A DNA stretch of 64,000 nt from Octopus vulgaris (taxonomy: Eukaryota), in contig OX597825.1 of NCBI GenBank assembly GCA_951406725.2, forward strand, positions 27,900,001 through 27,964,000. Reading direction: 5' to 3'. Positions 13,860 through 26,960 of the stretch are shown in pieces (positions within the stretch are counted from its first letter, which is position 1; every line of letters begins with the position of its first letter). Below the pieces are notes generated by a model. It did not search any database, was not told the DNA's origin, and saw only the letters and a list, made by a program, of their open reading frames with translations. The position numbers and the translations under genes are program-made.

Positions 13860-14330
13860 CTTTGGCAAATGAAATTTTCACTACTAATGGGTCTACTGAC
13901 AATTTTGCTGATTTTATGAGAAAACGCAATCCTAGCGCAATGGCAGCTGGTCAGATAACCTTACACTGAATATTCGTTTATGAAGATCATATGAAGAAGA
14001 GGAATTAGTGTCCAAATCGCCTCTACAATATGCGTGGAAAATATTCGCTGAATTGAGACGTTTGCAATTTTGATTTTAGCAGTCACTCGGATGTCGTAGA
14101 ACAAAATTTCGCAGACGGTGAAGGTCTTTCAAGAAAGTCTTTATATAAATAAAGATATCCTTGTAAAAAAAAACCGCAGCACAGAAGTCAAAACGGCCAT
14201 CTTGAAGAAGAAACTGAACCGTCTTGGAAATGTTGTAGATAAAGAAGGGCTTGGGTTCGTTAATCGACCGAACAAATTGTATGTGTCTGAAATGCAAATA
14301 ATAAAAGAAAAAAGGAAACAACATTAATTA
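13860..14330 (+). mobile_element. Highly degraded RTE-like LINE C-terminal remnant
   Basis: KTAILKKKLNRLGNVV...NRPNKLYVSEM...KEKR resembles the RTE 'L.W.GHV.R...R.PK.L...EL..GKR' motif. Confidence 0.35.
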
Positions 14331-14540
14331 TATCCCATTAGAACATAGTCGTCTTTCCAATATATTTTTCAGGGAAAAAATGGTGTTGCCTTTGTATAAA
14401 ATTATAAAAGTATACGATAAAGCAGGAAACCTCGAACAACATAAATATGCAAAAGAATTCTGGAAGAAGTTCGTTGTAAATTCATACAAGTATAGATACA
14501 CACGCACACATACGCGCACGCACGCATACACACACTTACA

Positions 14541-14617
<77 letters not shown>

Positions 14618-14829
14618 GCAACGCCTACATGCATATATTATATTGTACAGCAGATATTTGGTGGGAAATTGAACAGCTTTACCAGTCTCCACCAAGACAT
14701 CCAAATAGATCGAAAAAGTCCGACCTTGTGACGGTACACAAGAATCTGTAAAATACACCAAAGCTTTTAGCTATCTCAGCAGCGCATTGACTTGGCCTTT
14801 ACCCATCTCAGCAGCATATTGACTTATCT

Positions 14830-15660
14830 GATCTCGAAATTAAGGAGAGGATGTGAAATTTAGTTACGCTTCAGGTCAGTCCATTATCACTGAGGATTTT
14901 GGTATGAGACGCGTGTCTGCCTAGTTTGTACCAAAACTACTTTCAGCTGACCTAAAAGACACTCGGGTTGCAGTTGCACAAGATCTCGTTGACTGCGTCG
15001 AGAACAGTGAACACGTTTTGAAAATGATCATAATAGATGGTGAATAATGGGTCTATGGCTATGGCCCCGAAACAAAGGGTCACTTTTCAAAGTGGATAAC
15101 CCCAACTTCTCAATGTAAAGACACTGTTGACTGCTTTCTTCGACTACAAGGGGTTGTTCATTATTAGTATGCTCCACTTGTTCAAACAGCAAACAAGGAA
15201 TACTAAGGTGACGTTCTGCGGCGTTCGCGGGAAGCTGTTCGTCGGAGAGTCTACGATTCTATGCGTCCGGTGAGTGGCAATTGCACCATGACAACGCAAC
15301 TGCCTATCAAGCGCAGTTTGCGCAACAGTTTTTGGCTAGGCGCAGCATTCCCCAGGTCCGACAGCTTCCGTATTCGCCAGATCTTACACCTTGCGACATT
15401 TTCCTCTTTACAAAATTCAAATCCCGCTTCAAAGGAAGAAGATTTCAGAACGTTGCGGAAATGAAATTGAATGCGACAAGGCAGCTGCTGATTACCTCAG
15501 AAACGAGTTTCAAGAAAGCTTCCGTCAACGGAAACAGTTCTGAATTAAGTGCGTGGCTTCATAAGGGGGCTACTTTGAAGGAGATCGAATGCTAAAATTG
15601 TACACGTTGTAGATTTGTTTTTATAACACCAGTACGGATACTTATTGATCAGACTTCGTG
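14830..15660 (+). mobile_element. mariner (DD34D) transposon, 5'-truncated pseudogene with 3' TIR
   Basis: GMRRVSA*FVPKLL, WVYGYGPETK, HHDNA-(34 aa spacing)-YSPDLTPCD, KGRRF. Ends in a TIR-like CAGTACGGATACTTATTGATCAGACTTCGT (15630-15659). Confidence 0.9.
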
Positions 15661-16789
15661 TGTGTGTGTGTGTGTGTGCGGGGAGTTGTATAAGCCGCTG
15701 GTATTTATAGAGTGGTAAACACTTTTGGTATGCAAATTAGGGACTCCTTCACAGTTTAACTAATTCATTTGATGAGCTTATAAACAGTTTGGCTGGTTGT
15801 TTCCCCGGAGGCTACCAGAAAGATATAGTTACTTCTGGTCAGAACACAATAATGTCCGAAAGTTGATTAAGGTTGTTCATAATTTCTTTCAGTCTGCGGA
15901 GGAAATTCCTACAATTTTCCCGTTTATAATTATACCATATGTTACACACATATATATATATATATATTCGATATAGCAGAATATAAAGTTTTCATTTGTT
16001 ACATTATTATACTAACGTGAATTAGATATTTTTTTAATTCCGACATCCTAGCGAATACCATGTCATGGGGTAAATGTTACGGAGATAATTGCATAATCAC
16101 ACTGAAACACCAGACCTTTAGAAGAAACTTGTAATTTAATGTCTTGTTGTCAACCAAACTCCGTTATGTGACGTGTGAAGTAACCATTATCATGTATCTA
16201 TCTACCTACCTTCCTATCGATCTATCAATCTATATACCTATATATATATATATAAAACACATAGAGAGAGTGTGTGTGAGAGAGAAATGGGTGCGGAGAC
16301 AGAAACAGAGAGACAGGTAGGTGGGTATGTACATACGCAAATACAACGTACATACATACAAATGTAAATACATACACAAATAAATATATGCGTACATTCA
16401 TACATACATTCAAACATACTTACATATTTCGTCACTCAGAAGTTGAAGCACAGTTGCGATCGGAAATAAGAAAAATCAATAACTGAGGTATATTGCTTAA
16501 GTAAGATATACGCATCTCTACATAACATACTATCATCGCTCACTAGATGCAGTAAACTGAACAATGTAAAATAAATATATTAAACCTTACAAAAGAATAT
16601 TGGTGGTCTCCACACAAAAAGATTCATTTATCAAATATTAACAATAAGCATTTAAGATACGTCACGTCACGCTCTTCAATCATGGTCCGTACTTTTCTAC
16701 AACACGCATGTATATATGTATTTATGTATGTACATACATATGCATGCATGGATGTATGTATGTTAGTTACGGTTCAAAGTTCCTTGCTG

Positions 16790-16975
16790 AGCCACAGGAT
16801 TTTGTGGTGTATATATCATCCGACTGGACGATTTTCCGGTCCGTCGAAATATTACTCGTTAATGGCCAGCTCAGTGGATTGGAGCCACGTGAAATGAAGT
16901 GTTTTGCTCAGAGATACGTAGTATTGTCTGGTCCTGGAAACGAAACCCCCATGCATCCCACAAAGTTACGCATGT
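16790..16975 (-). mobile_element. SINE family D (CORE-like), degraded
   Basis: CAGCTCAGTGGATTGGAGCCACGTGAAATGAAGTGTTTTGCTCA is shared with 30795-31015 and 39905-40190. Confidence 0.6.
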
Positions 16976-17007
16976 CTGCATACAATCACGCACAAACATG
17001 GACAGAC

Positions 17008-17607
<600 letters not shown>

Positions 17608-17854
17608 GCTGTTATAACAATGATGTCCTAGTGATTGTGTGCGCTAACTTCCTTCATCAGTGCTCGTCTGTAAATACACTGTTGTATTGTATAATGCATA
17701 GCATGCATATTGGTGCAGATATTTAAACGTAATATATTATACGCTGAAATTAGTATTACATGGAAAAGGCTGCGAAACGGCCGTAATCGAAAGGATAATA
17801 AGTAACTGTATAAATATTCTCCTCTCATATCTCTTCACTTTTAATGATTTAAAT

Positions 17855-18117
17855 CAGTGGTTCTTGACCGGAGTCCATATGGTCCTTCGGAGTTCATATC
17901 GTATTATGTTTTTAAAGATTATGTACAATACGTACAAGATTATGTACAAGGCGCAGGAGCGGCTGTGTGGTAAGTAGCTTGCTAACAAACCACATGGTTC
18001 CGTCCCACTGCGTGGCACCTTGGGCAAGTGTCTTCTGCTATAGCCTCGGGCCGACCAATGCCTTGTGATTGGATTTGGTAGAAGGAAACTGAAAGAAGCC
18101 TGTCGTATATATATATG

Positions 18118-18174
<57 letters not shown>

Positions 18175-18566
18175 TTGTGTGTCTGTGTTTGTCCTCCTAG
18201 CATTTGCTTGACAACCGATGCTGGTGTGTTTACGTCCCCGTCAATTAGCGGTTTGGCATAAGAGACCGATATAATAAGAACTGGGCTTACAAAGAATAAG
18301 TCCTGGGGTCGATTTGCTCGACTAAAGGCGGTGCTCCAGCATGGCCGCAGTCAAATGACTGAAACAAGTAAAAAGAGTAATAATTTGGTGATGCTTCTAC
18401 GATGCACAAGTTATATTTTAACGAATTTTTATACTAATCGCAATACTATTTTATTCTGAAAAATATAATATTGGTTTTTTAAACTACAACGAATGAATAT
18501 GAGGGTGCACCTAATTAAAATAGGACCGAAAGTGGCTCACAGGTAATATAACGATGAGAACCACTG
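17855..18566. mobile_element. hAT (Charlie/MER5-like) MITE containing a nested SINE
   Basis: Terminal inverted repeats CAGTGGTTCTTGACCG...CGATGAGAACCACTG. Degenerate 8-bp flanks ATTTAAAT / GTTAACAT. Confidence 0.6.
17950..18380 (+). mobile_element. SINE family A, full length (tRNA head, internal microsatellite, CR1-like tail)
   Basis: GGCGCAGGAGCGGCTGTGTGGTAAG...CCTTGGGCAAGTGTCTTC...(TA/TG)n...GGCGGTGCTCCAGCATGGCCGCAGTCAAATGACTGAAACAAGTAAAA. Many copies occur in the window. Confidence 0.9.
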
Positions 18567-18572
18567 GTTAAC

Positions 18573-18675
<103 letters not shown>

Positions 18676-19181
18676 TTCTTCAACACACTACAGTTAATTA
18701 GAATGAAAGCTACAAAGTGAAAATAATGATATCAATTCTCAGGAAAATATTTTACTCTAATGGTTCTATTAGCCTTAATAAAATATCGATAAACTTTCCT
18801 TAAAGTATTAAGTAAATATATTCCGAAAAATTAAACATAGGATATCTTTAAAGCAATAATGTTTAATTAGGTTTCCACACATGATGTTTTTAAAAAGAAA
18901 TTCATATTAAAAATAAAAGCCTTGATCATGCACTAACATCGAAATCTTCATATTGTTGCGATATAATTTATCCATTTAATGATTCATGCTATTCCAAAAT
19001 GATGTTTTTTCTTTATGTGACAGAATTCACAATTCCCGAATCAGTTTTCTAATGGTTGACAGTAAAACATTTTAATTTATGAGTTTAATATATAGCAATA
19101 TTTTTCAGCTATTTTGAATGTAGTCAAGATTTAATAAATTCTAATTAGAAATTATAAGATCTCCAGCATAGATAAATTCTA

Positions 19182-19245
<64 letters not shown>

Positions 19246-19259
19246 TGTGCGTGTGTGTG

Positions 19260-19465
19260 TCTGTTTGTGTTCGTGCGTCTGTGTTTATACCCCCCGATAT
19301 TACTTGACAACCGATGCTGGTGTGTTTACGTCCCCGTAATTTAGCTATTCAGCAAAATAGACCGATAGAATAAGTACCAGGCTTACAGAGAATAAATCCT
19401 GCGTCGATTTCTTTCAGCAAATGCGGTTCTCCAGCAAGGACGCAGTCAAATGCCTGTAAAGAAAG
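19260..19465 (+). mobile_element. SINE family A, 3' half
   Basis: TTGACAACCGATGCTGGTGTGTTTACGTCCCCG...GCAGTCAAATG. Confidence 0.8.
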
Positions 19466-19527
19466 AAAAAATAGAAAAGGAAAGACGAACATATATATAT
19501 GTGTATATATAAATATATATGTGTGTA

Positions 19528-19581
<54 letters not shown>

Positions 19582-19584
19582 TAT

Positions 19585-19743
19585 ACGACGGGCTTCTTTC
19601 AGTTTCCGTCTGCCAAATCCACTCGCAAGGCTTTGGTCGGCCCGAGACTATAGAAGAAACTTACCCATGGTTCCACGTAGTGGGACTGAACCCAGAACCA
19701 TGTAATTAGTAAGCAAGCTACTTACCACACAGCCCCTCCTACG

Positions 19744-19746
<3 letters not shown>
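19585..19746 (-). mobile_element. SINE family A, 5' half
   Basis: ACGACGGGCTTCTTTCAGTTTCCGTC...CTTACCACACAGCCCCTCCTACGCC. Confidence 0.85.
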
Positions 19747-19780
<34 letters not shown>

Positions 19781-19782
19781 GC

Positions 19783-20980
19783 AATCATATTGAAGGGAAA
19801 TGAAAATTAATAGAAATTTTCTCTTCCAGTGGCCTAGCGTGTAAAAAGTTTAGTACAAATACTATCTATTACTCATAAAATACTGTGTACATTTAAACAC
19901 ATAGGGAATCCACTCAAGGGATTCAACACGCTAGAAAGAACAGCTAGGTTCTATAACCACAAAATTAGGGACAAAAGAAATGAAAAAAATAAAAACTTTT
20001 TACCATCTAGTTTCCTGGACCAATTGGCTTCTTATTTTTGTTTAGCAAATAAATAATATTCACTACGTGAAATCTTCTTCAGCAGGTATACCTTTGATCT
20101 TTATATATAAAAGTGTAGTTGTGTGTCTGTCTCCTACGATTTAGATTCCTAACTATTCCCACATTTTGCGGTGCAGTGTAACCAAAAGCGGGTATCTTAT
20201 AGTCGGGATTCATATCGAGCCCTTCTGGGTATTAGTGCGCGTCCATGATGAGTCTACGATTTAAAAAAAAAATTACCATAATTTTTTCCCATTTTAATAC
20301 ATTTTTTTGCTATTATATAAGGGAAGTAACTCTCTAAAAATGTATTATTAAATCTCAGAACGTAAACAGCTACAGTAACACCCCCCCCTTTGTGGTTAGC
20401 TATATTGAGATGGCTATTATATTTTACATCTCTAAAAATGCTCATGTAGTTATTTCCCTTACAAACCCGAGCAACGCCGGGCGATACTGCTAGTTAAATA
20501 TTAAAAACACGAGGCAGTCAACTATGTGACTCTTGTTTATACATCCTAGTTTTTTCAAATCTACTGCGCAGACGCAGCCCTTCGTCGGTAATAAAACAAA
20601 TGCCAACTTTCAAAATCTGAAAATTATCCAAAAACTTACAATACTTAATCATATCGAAGGGAAATGGAAATTAGTAGAAATGTTCACTTCCAGTGGCCTA
20701 GCGTGTAAAAATTTTAGTCCAAATACTATGCATTACTCAAAAAATAATGTGTATATATAATCACATAAGGAATCCACTCGTGGAAATCAACTTGCTAGAA
20801 AGAAGAGCTAGGTTCTATAACCACAAAATTAGGGATAACGTCCGACAGGAACGAAATGATAAAATATAAACTTTTTACCATCTAGTTTCTTGGACGAATT
20901 GGTTTCTGATTTCAATTTAGTAAATAAATAATATTCGTTAGATGAAATCTTCTTCAACACGTACACCTTAGATTAAATAT
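19783..20980 (+). repeat. Local direct duplication of about 320 bp (19783-20097 and 20647-20980)
   Basis: Shared CTTCCAGTGGCCTAGCGTGTAAAAA, GCTAGGTTCTATAACCACAAAATTAGGGA, CTTTTTACCATCTAGTTTC and TGAAATCTTCTTCA. Confidence 0.9.
20098..20493 (+). mobile_element. Non-autonomous Helitron (396 bp)
   Basis: 5' TC (TCTTTATATATAAAA), 3' hairpin CCCG-AGCAACGC-CGGG at 20466-20481, 8-nt spacer, terminal CTAG. Inserted between A and T with no TSD; an empty site is present at 20972/20973. Confidence 0.92.
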
Positions 20981-21151
20981 ATAATATATATATTCTTTAT
21001 GTGTTTAAATGTACACTGTAATTGATATATATATATATATATCCGTAATAATGAAGGGTGAAATTAATTAATTTGGAATAATTATCAATTACACCAAGTA
21101 GTCTTCGGCATGTAAAAGCCTCATACGAGGAAAATTTAAGTAATACTAAGC

Positions 21152-21319
21152 GATAAAGGGTTTAGCAACGAATTGCCTTACCACATACCGAATTTAGAAA
21201 TAGCAGTCAAAGAGTTATAGCTATTTCTTCTACTAAAAAGTAGAAGAAATAGCTATAACTCTTTGACTGCCATTTCTAAATTCGGTATGTGGTAAGGCAA
21301 TTCGTTGCTAAACCTTTAT

Positions 21320-21320
<1 letters not shown>
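21152..21320. repeat. Long fold-back hairpin (about 82-bp arms, AAAA loop)
   Basis: 21152-21234 is the reverse complement of 21239-21320 with one mismatch and one indel. Confidence 0.95.
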
Positions 21321-21360
<40 letters not shown>

Positions 21361-21396
21361 AATACATTGTACATTTAAACACATAAAGAATATATA

Positions 21397-21445
<49 letters not shown>

Positions 21446-21507
21446 CATGTGTAGAAAATAATAAAAAGGAATTTTGTAGAATCTTCGTTCGGCTCCATTT
21501 CTTCCCT

Positions 21508-21587
<80 letters not shown>

Positions 21588-21779
21588 TATGTATATGTCG
21601 ATATTTGTGTCGGTTCGTCCCTTGAAATCAAGTATTGATTTCCCTTCCTGGCGGTTTAAATCGAAAGCCATATGTGTTTGGTTGAATTTCGATTGAGCAT
21701 TGCACTTTGAGATAGTCATGTTGTGAACTCTAACCCTTTATATACAATTGCAACTAGTTTATCATGCTTTGAAAACCTG

Positions 21780-22075
21780 CTACCGGGCATCGTAAAATTG
21801 AATACATGTACTCATACAGCATAACACAATCATTGTGGCAAAACGCAAACTTAGGGAGCTTGGGGGCTGGAATTCCTGCCTCACCAGGATCATAAGATTA
21901 CCGCATTTTTTGAAGCCGTGGCTCATTTCCTACACGGCCGAAGGGTTAATGATATGCATAAGGTCAAACACGAGGGCATGAAGTTTTTTAGCAGTCAAAT
22001 GTTATAAGCTTAGGACTGCTCAACGAAGGCCACAGGTAGTAGAATAGGATGGGATATGTTTAGATAAATAAACGC
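21780..22075 (+). mobile_element. Degraded mariner transposase 3' fragment
   Basis: KRKLRELG.EFLPH...DYRIF...AHFLHGRRVND...KFFSSQ...QVVE*DG matches the mariner C-terminal pattern. Confidence 0.6.
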
Positions 22076-22339
22076 TTTTTCAATAAAATATTTTTCTCAA
22101 TCAGGTAAAAGTACATAAAACCTAATAAAGGTGATTTTATTAGCAAATGGATATTTATGAAATTAATAATCATTAAGAATCATTAAGAATCATTAAGAAA
22201 AAGATTTCTTTTTTGGACATGTGTACTATTTGTACGGTTAACTTTTGTGAGACTTATGACTGATTAGTTTGATTCTAGATGTTATGAAGAAACAGGAAAT
22301 GAATATGTTTGGGTGTGTAACGAGATGGAGGGAGATCAA

Positions 22340-22471
22340 AAAGAAGAAGAAGAAGATGATGGTGATGATGATGATGAAGATGATGATGATGATGATGATG
22401 AAGATGAAGAAGAAAACGAAGAAGTAGAAAAAGAAGAAGAAGAAGTAGAAAAAGAAGAAGTAGAAGAAGAC

Positions 22472-22509
<38 letters not shown>

Positions 22510-22591
22510 CGACGATGGTGATGATGCTGATGAAGATGATGATGATGATGATGATGATGATGATAATGACGACGAAGACGACGACGATGAT
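22340..22591. repeat. (GAT)n/(GAA)n trinucleotide microsatellite
   Basis: Imperfect GAT/GAA/GAC runs. Confidence 0.95.
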
Positions 22592-22892
22592 CAGCGATTT
22601 TGATTTAAATAAAAGGTGATTATAGACATTATTGCCGATATTATTCTGTAGTCAGATGTATTATTGCGAGCAAACGTGGCTGAACGGAGACGTGCGAAGC
22701 AGAATCGATAGTAAGGAAGACTAAATGTTATGAGATTTGCTCATTTGAGACTTATGAGATTTGCTCATTTACATACGCGGCCCGGCATCTAAGCCAACTG
22801 AGGCCCACTATGCCATTGATAATTTTGGGGATTAGTAGAATAGGTAACGAGACAGTACGGAAGTCAGATTAATAGATTGTGCCTATGGTCTT

Positions 22893-23059
22893 TTCATTGT
22901 TTCAGTTATTTGACTGCGAACAAGTCCACGCCAGGACTTAATCCTTGTAGGCCTAGTACTTATTGTATAGATCTCTTTTTGCTGCTCGCATAAGTTACGG
23001 GGGCGTAAACACACCAGCATCGGTTGTCAAGCGATGGTGGGGGAACAAACACAGATACA

Positions 23060-23100
<41 letters not shown>

Positions 23101-23628
23101 ACAAACACACACACATACTCTATTACTCATTACTCCGTTACTTGTTTCAGTCATTTGACTATAGCCATGCTGGGGAAACGCCTTTTAGTCGAACAAATCG
23201 ACCCCGGGACTTATTCTTTGTAAGCCTAGCACTTATCATATCGGTCTCTCTTGCCGAACCGCTAAGTTACGGGGACTTAAACACACCAGCATCAGTTGCC
23301 AAGCGATGTTAGGGGGACAAAGGCAGACACACAAACATATACACGCAGACATATACACGCAGACATATATATATACACATATATACGACGGGCTTCTTTC
23401 AGTTTCCGTCTACCAAATCCACTAACAAGGCTTTGGTCGGCCTAAGGGTATAGTAGAAGACACTTGCCCAAGGTGCTACGCAGTGGGACTGACCCGGAAC
23501 CATGTAGTTCGTAAGCAATATATACGACGGACTTCTTTCAGTTTTCATCTACCAAACCCACTCACAAGATTTTGGCCGTCCTGGAACCGAGTGGTTGAGA
23601 AGTAAGCTTCAAAACACACAGCCACGCG
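22893..23628 (-). mobile_element. Cluster of three SINE family A copies or fragments in tandem
   Basis: 3' half at about 22893-23060, near-full copy at about 23135-23517, and 5' piece at about 23521-23628. Confidence 0.85.
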
Positions 23629-23933
23629 ACGTCTACATATGAAACATTTTAGTCGTGTCTCTGTAAGTCGTGATTTCAAACACTGGTTAACCGAATTTGC
23701 TTTCCTCCAGCCAAGAAGGCTATTAATATGGTACCATTAAAATATTGGACTAAATTTGATCAATGACTTTATTTATCCTTGCTTTAAATGCGAAGAAATA
23801 ATCTCCAGAAATGGTCATATTGATACCAAGTATAATACAGCTAACAATATTTCTAGTTCATATAAACAGGTCGACGGAGTTATGCTGGTAAGTCATGGTT
23901 CGATTCCCCGGTGGAAAGGCAATTACACTCTTT

Positions 23934-24545
<612 letters not shown>

Positions 24546-25647
24546 AGATACGCCATTGAATCCTATGACGACATCATAACCATACGGATATAAATTCCGT
24601 CTCCTTCAACTAAAAAAAAAACAATTTTATCGTAATCCATATGGCATGTATGTTCTTCATCATCTGAGCCCTAATCAGGCATCCACTTAATAGCATCCCA
24701 ATTGAAAAGACTTCAAAAATGTTAAACAAAATTGAAATTTCGCGGAAAATGAGATGAGAATGAAGGCCGTTAATTTTAATTGACTAAAAATATGTTCTAC
24801 TTATTACATTCAGTATGTTAGCTCATGTCTAGCTCTACGTATAGTATGCGAAGGCAGCCCAAATAACTTTTCCGATTAAGTGTTGAATCTCAGTTTACCC
24901 ACATCAATAAAAAATATACTTTCTTTCTTATTATACTTATTTTATTTAATTCTTTCTTAGTTTTCAATTATTTTCTACTTTCAATGACTTCGTATCTTTA
25001 AACGGATTTTCATTTGAAGTATCTCTCACCCCGAGCGTTTCTCAATGTCTGGGTTGCTTGCCGATGGAGCCAGACAATAGATTTTCGAATCTTGTATTGC
25101 TGCATCATTTAAGAATGATCTGTTATATCGCTCATACTAAATATAACGTATTTTAAAAATCTTCACATACATTCATTTATAAACCTCATTAAGAACAAAA
25201 AAACAAACATATTTTCAATTGAAGAAATAAACTAAGTTTCGTAATATGTATTTTATATAGTTATTCAATAAAGAAGATTAAATTTAATTAATTTCGTTTA
25301 ACATAGTTGTTCTATTGTCTCACTTTTATTTTCAATTATATTACACCCAATTATTATAGACATTCGTTTCTTATTCGTAAGAAATATAGTGAAATAAATA
25401 AAAAACATGTAATTTTTCGTATTACCTAAGTGTTGCTGTCCGGGGAATAATGCCGTATCGGGGAATTTTGTTACGTGAAACTTATTTTCCCACTCATTTC
25501 TATGTTCGGACTTCATTTGCTCTCCTGCAGGTTTCTTTCAATGAATATATGAAAGCATTTTATGAATGAAAATATTTTTCAACGGAGACTGCAATATATA
25601 TATATATTTCATCATACATCTCCTGCGTTAAAAGCTGTACAAAGACC

Positions 25648-25680
<33 letters not shown>

Positions 25681-25689
25681 TTCTATCCT

Positions 25690-26610
25690 TGATAGAATAT
25701 ATTAACAACTGTGTGATGGAATGTAGTGAAATGGAAGCTTAAGGGAGGATATGTTCATTATCTCTTGTCTTCCGCAGATCATTTTTACCAGCATCTACAA
25801 CAAGAGTAAAACGTTATCCAAAGGTGATTGATATATTCGCCACACCATGGTTTTCGATGGCTCAATATAGGTACTAAGCTATTTAGGAAATCATTTTGCA
25901 ATTATTATGCTGCGTTGACCATTAAGGGCATTATCGTCAAGATCTTTCAGGGCAATGTTCCTAATGGTGAACGCATCTATGAGCGCTAACTCGCGAGCCA
26001 TAGTTTTTGTAGTCAACTGCAGTGGAGGGTCTGAACCTTTTATATATTCTTCCTGGTTTGCATGCTCTTGAAGCGGCATTATTCTCTTAAACAAAACTTA
26101 TTCGTTCTTCATTAAATAAATTTCTCGATGCGCTTCCAGCAACCCAGCTGTATCATATTCAGCAAAATCTTCACTCATTACATCAATTGCGAGGACCATA
26201 ATATCTTGCTGAATTTGACAAATTTTCTTCTGATGGAAAATCTATAAATCCGCAGAGAGAGATGCGATCTACCTGTTTCTTTTTTAATCTTTTTTTTTTT
26301 GGCTTAAATCTTTCATATATGAGAGCTTCAATTGTTGGAATTATATTTTCTGGTAGTTCCCTTTCTACAAAAAATGCAAAATGTTTCAATGGGCTTTGGA
26401 AATGTCTCAAAGTCGTTGTAGACTTATTTTAACAAAACGCACATTGATTACATTTAGCACAACTCCTAAAAACGCTTGGAATTTCAAACTGATACTTGTT
26501 AATTTCGTATCACTAACAATTCTCCCGTAAATAAGCGGAAAGAAGAGAGGTTTTAGAAAATTTAAGGCCTGATAGGTATGTGCAGATTTCTCAATTATAT
26601 AATAAAATCC
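25690..26610 (-). mobile_element. Possible ancient R2/R4-like (RLE) non-LTR remnant
   Basis: Fragmentary peptides IIPTIEALIYERF..KKRL, LDDNALNGQ, GEYINHLWI and CRC..EHIL..HHTVVNIL loosely match the post-RT/CCHC region. Abuts an (AAT)n tract. Confidence 0.3.
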
Positions 26611-26614
26611 TTGT

Positions 26615-26960
26615 AGGTGCAGGCGTGTAGTAAGACGTTTGCTTTCCAATCACATGGTACCGGGTGTTTTCTACTATATCCTCAGGCCGACTAGAGCTTT
26701 GTGGATGGGCTTGGTTAACGGAAACTGAACGAAGTTCGTCGGATATGCGTGTGTGTGCGTGGGGGCTGTTTGTGTCTATGTTTATTCCCCACCACCGTTT
26801 GACAACAGGTGTTGGTTTGTTTAAGTCACTGTAACTTAACAGTTCGATAAAAGAGCCCGATCCCTGTACTAGGGTCGATTACGTCGACTAAAATTATTCA
26901 AGGCAGTGCCCAATCATGGTCACAATCTATTGACTGAAAAAAGTAAAAGATAAAAGGGAA
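26615..26960 (+). mobile_element. SINE family A, degraded
   Basis: GGTGCAGGCGTGTAGTAAG...GGAAACTGAAC...TTGACAACAGGTGTTGG...GACTGAAAAAAGTAAAAG. Confidence 0.7.

Noticed and set aside
22313-22603. 96-aa acidic D/E-rich ORF
   Set aside because: A trinucleotide microsatellite with a GTG start and no flanking coding or convincing splice context.
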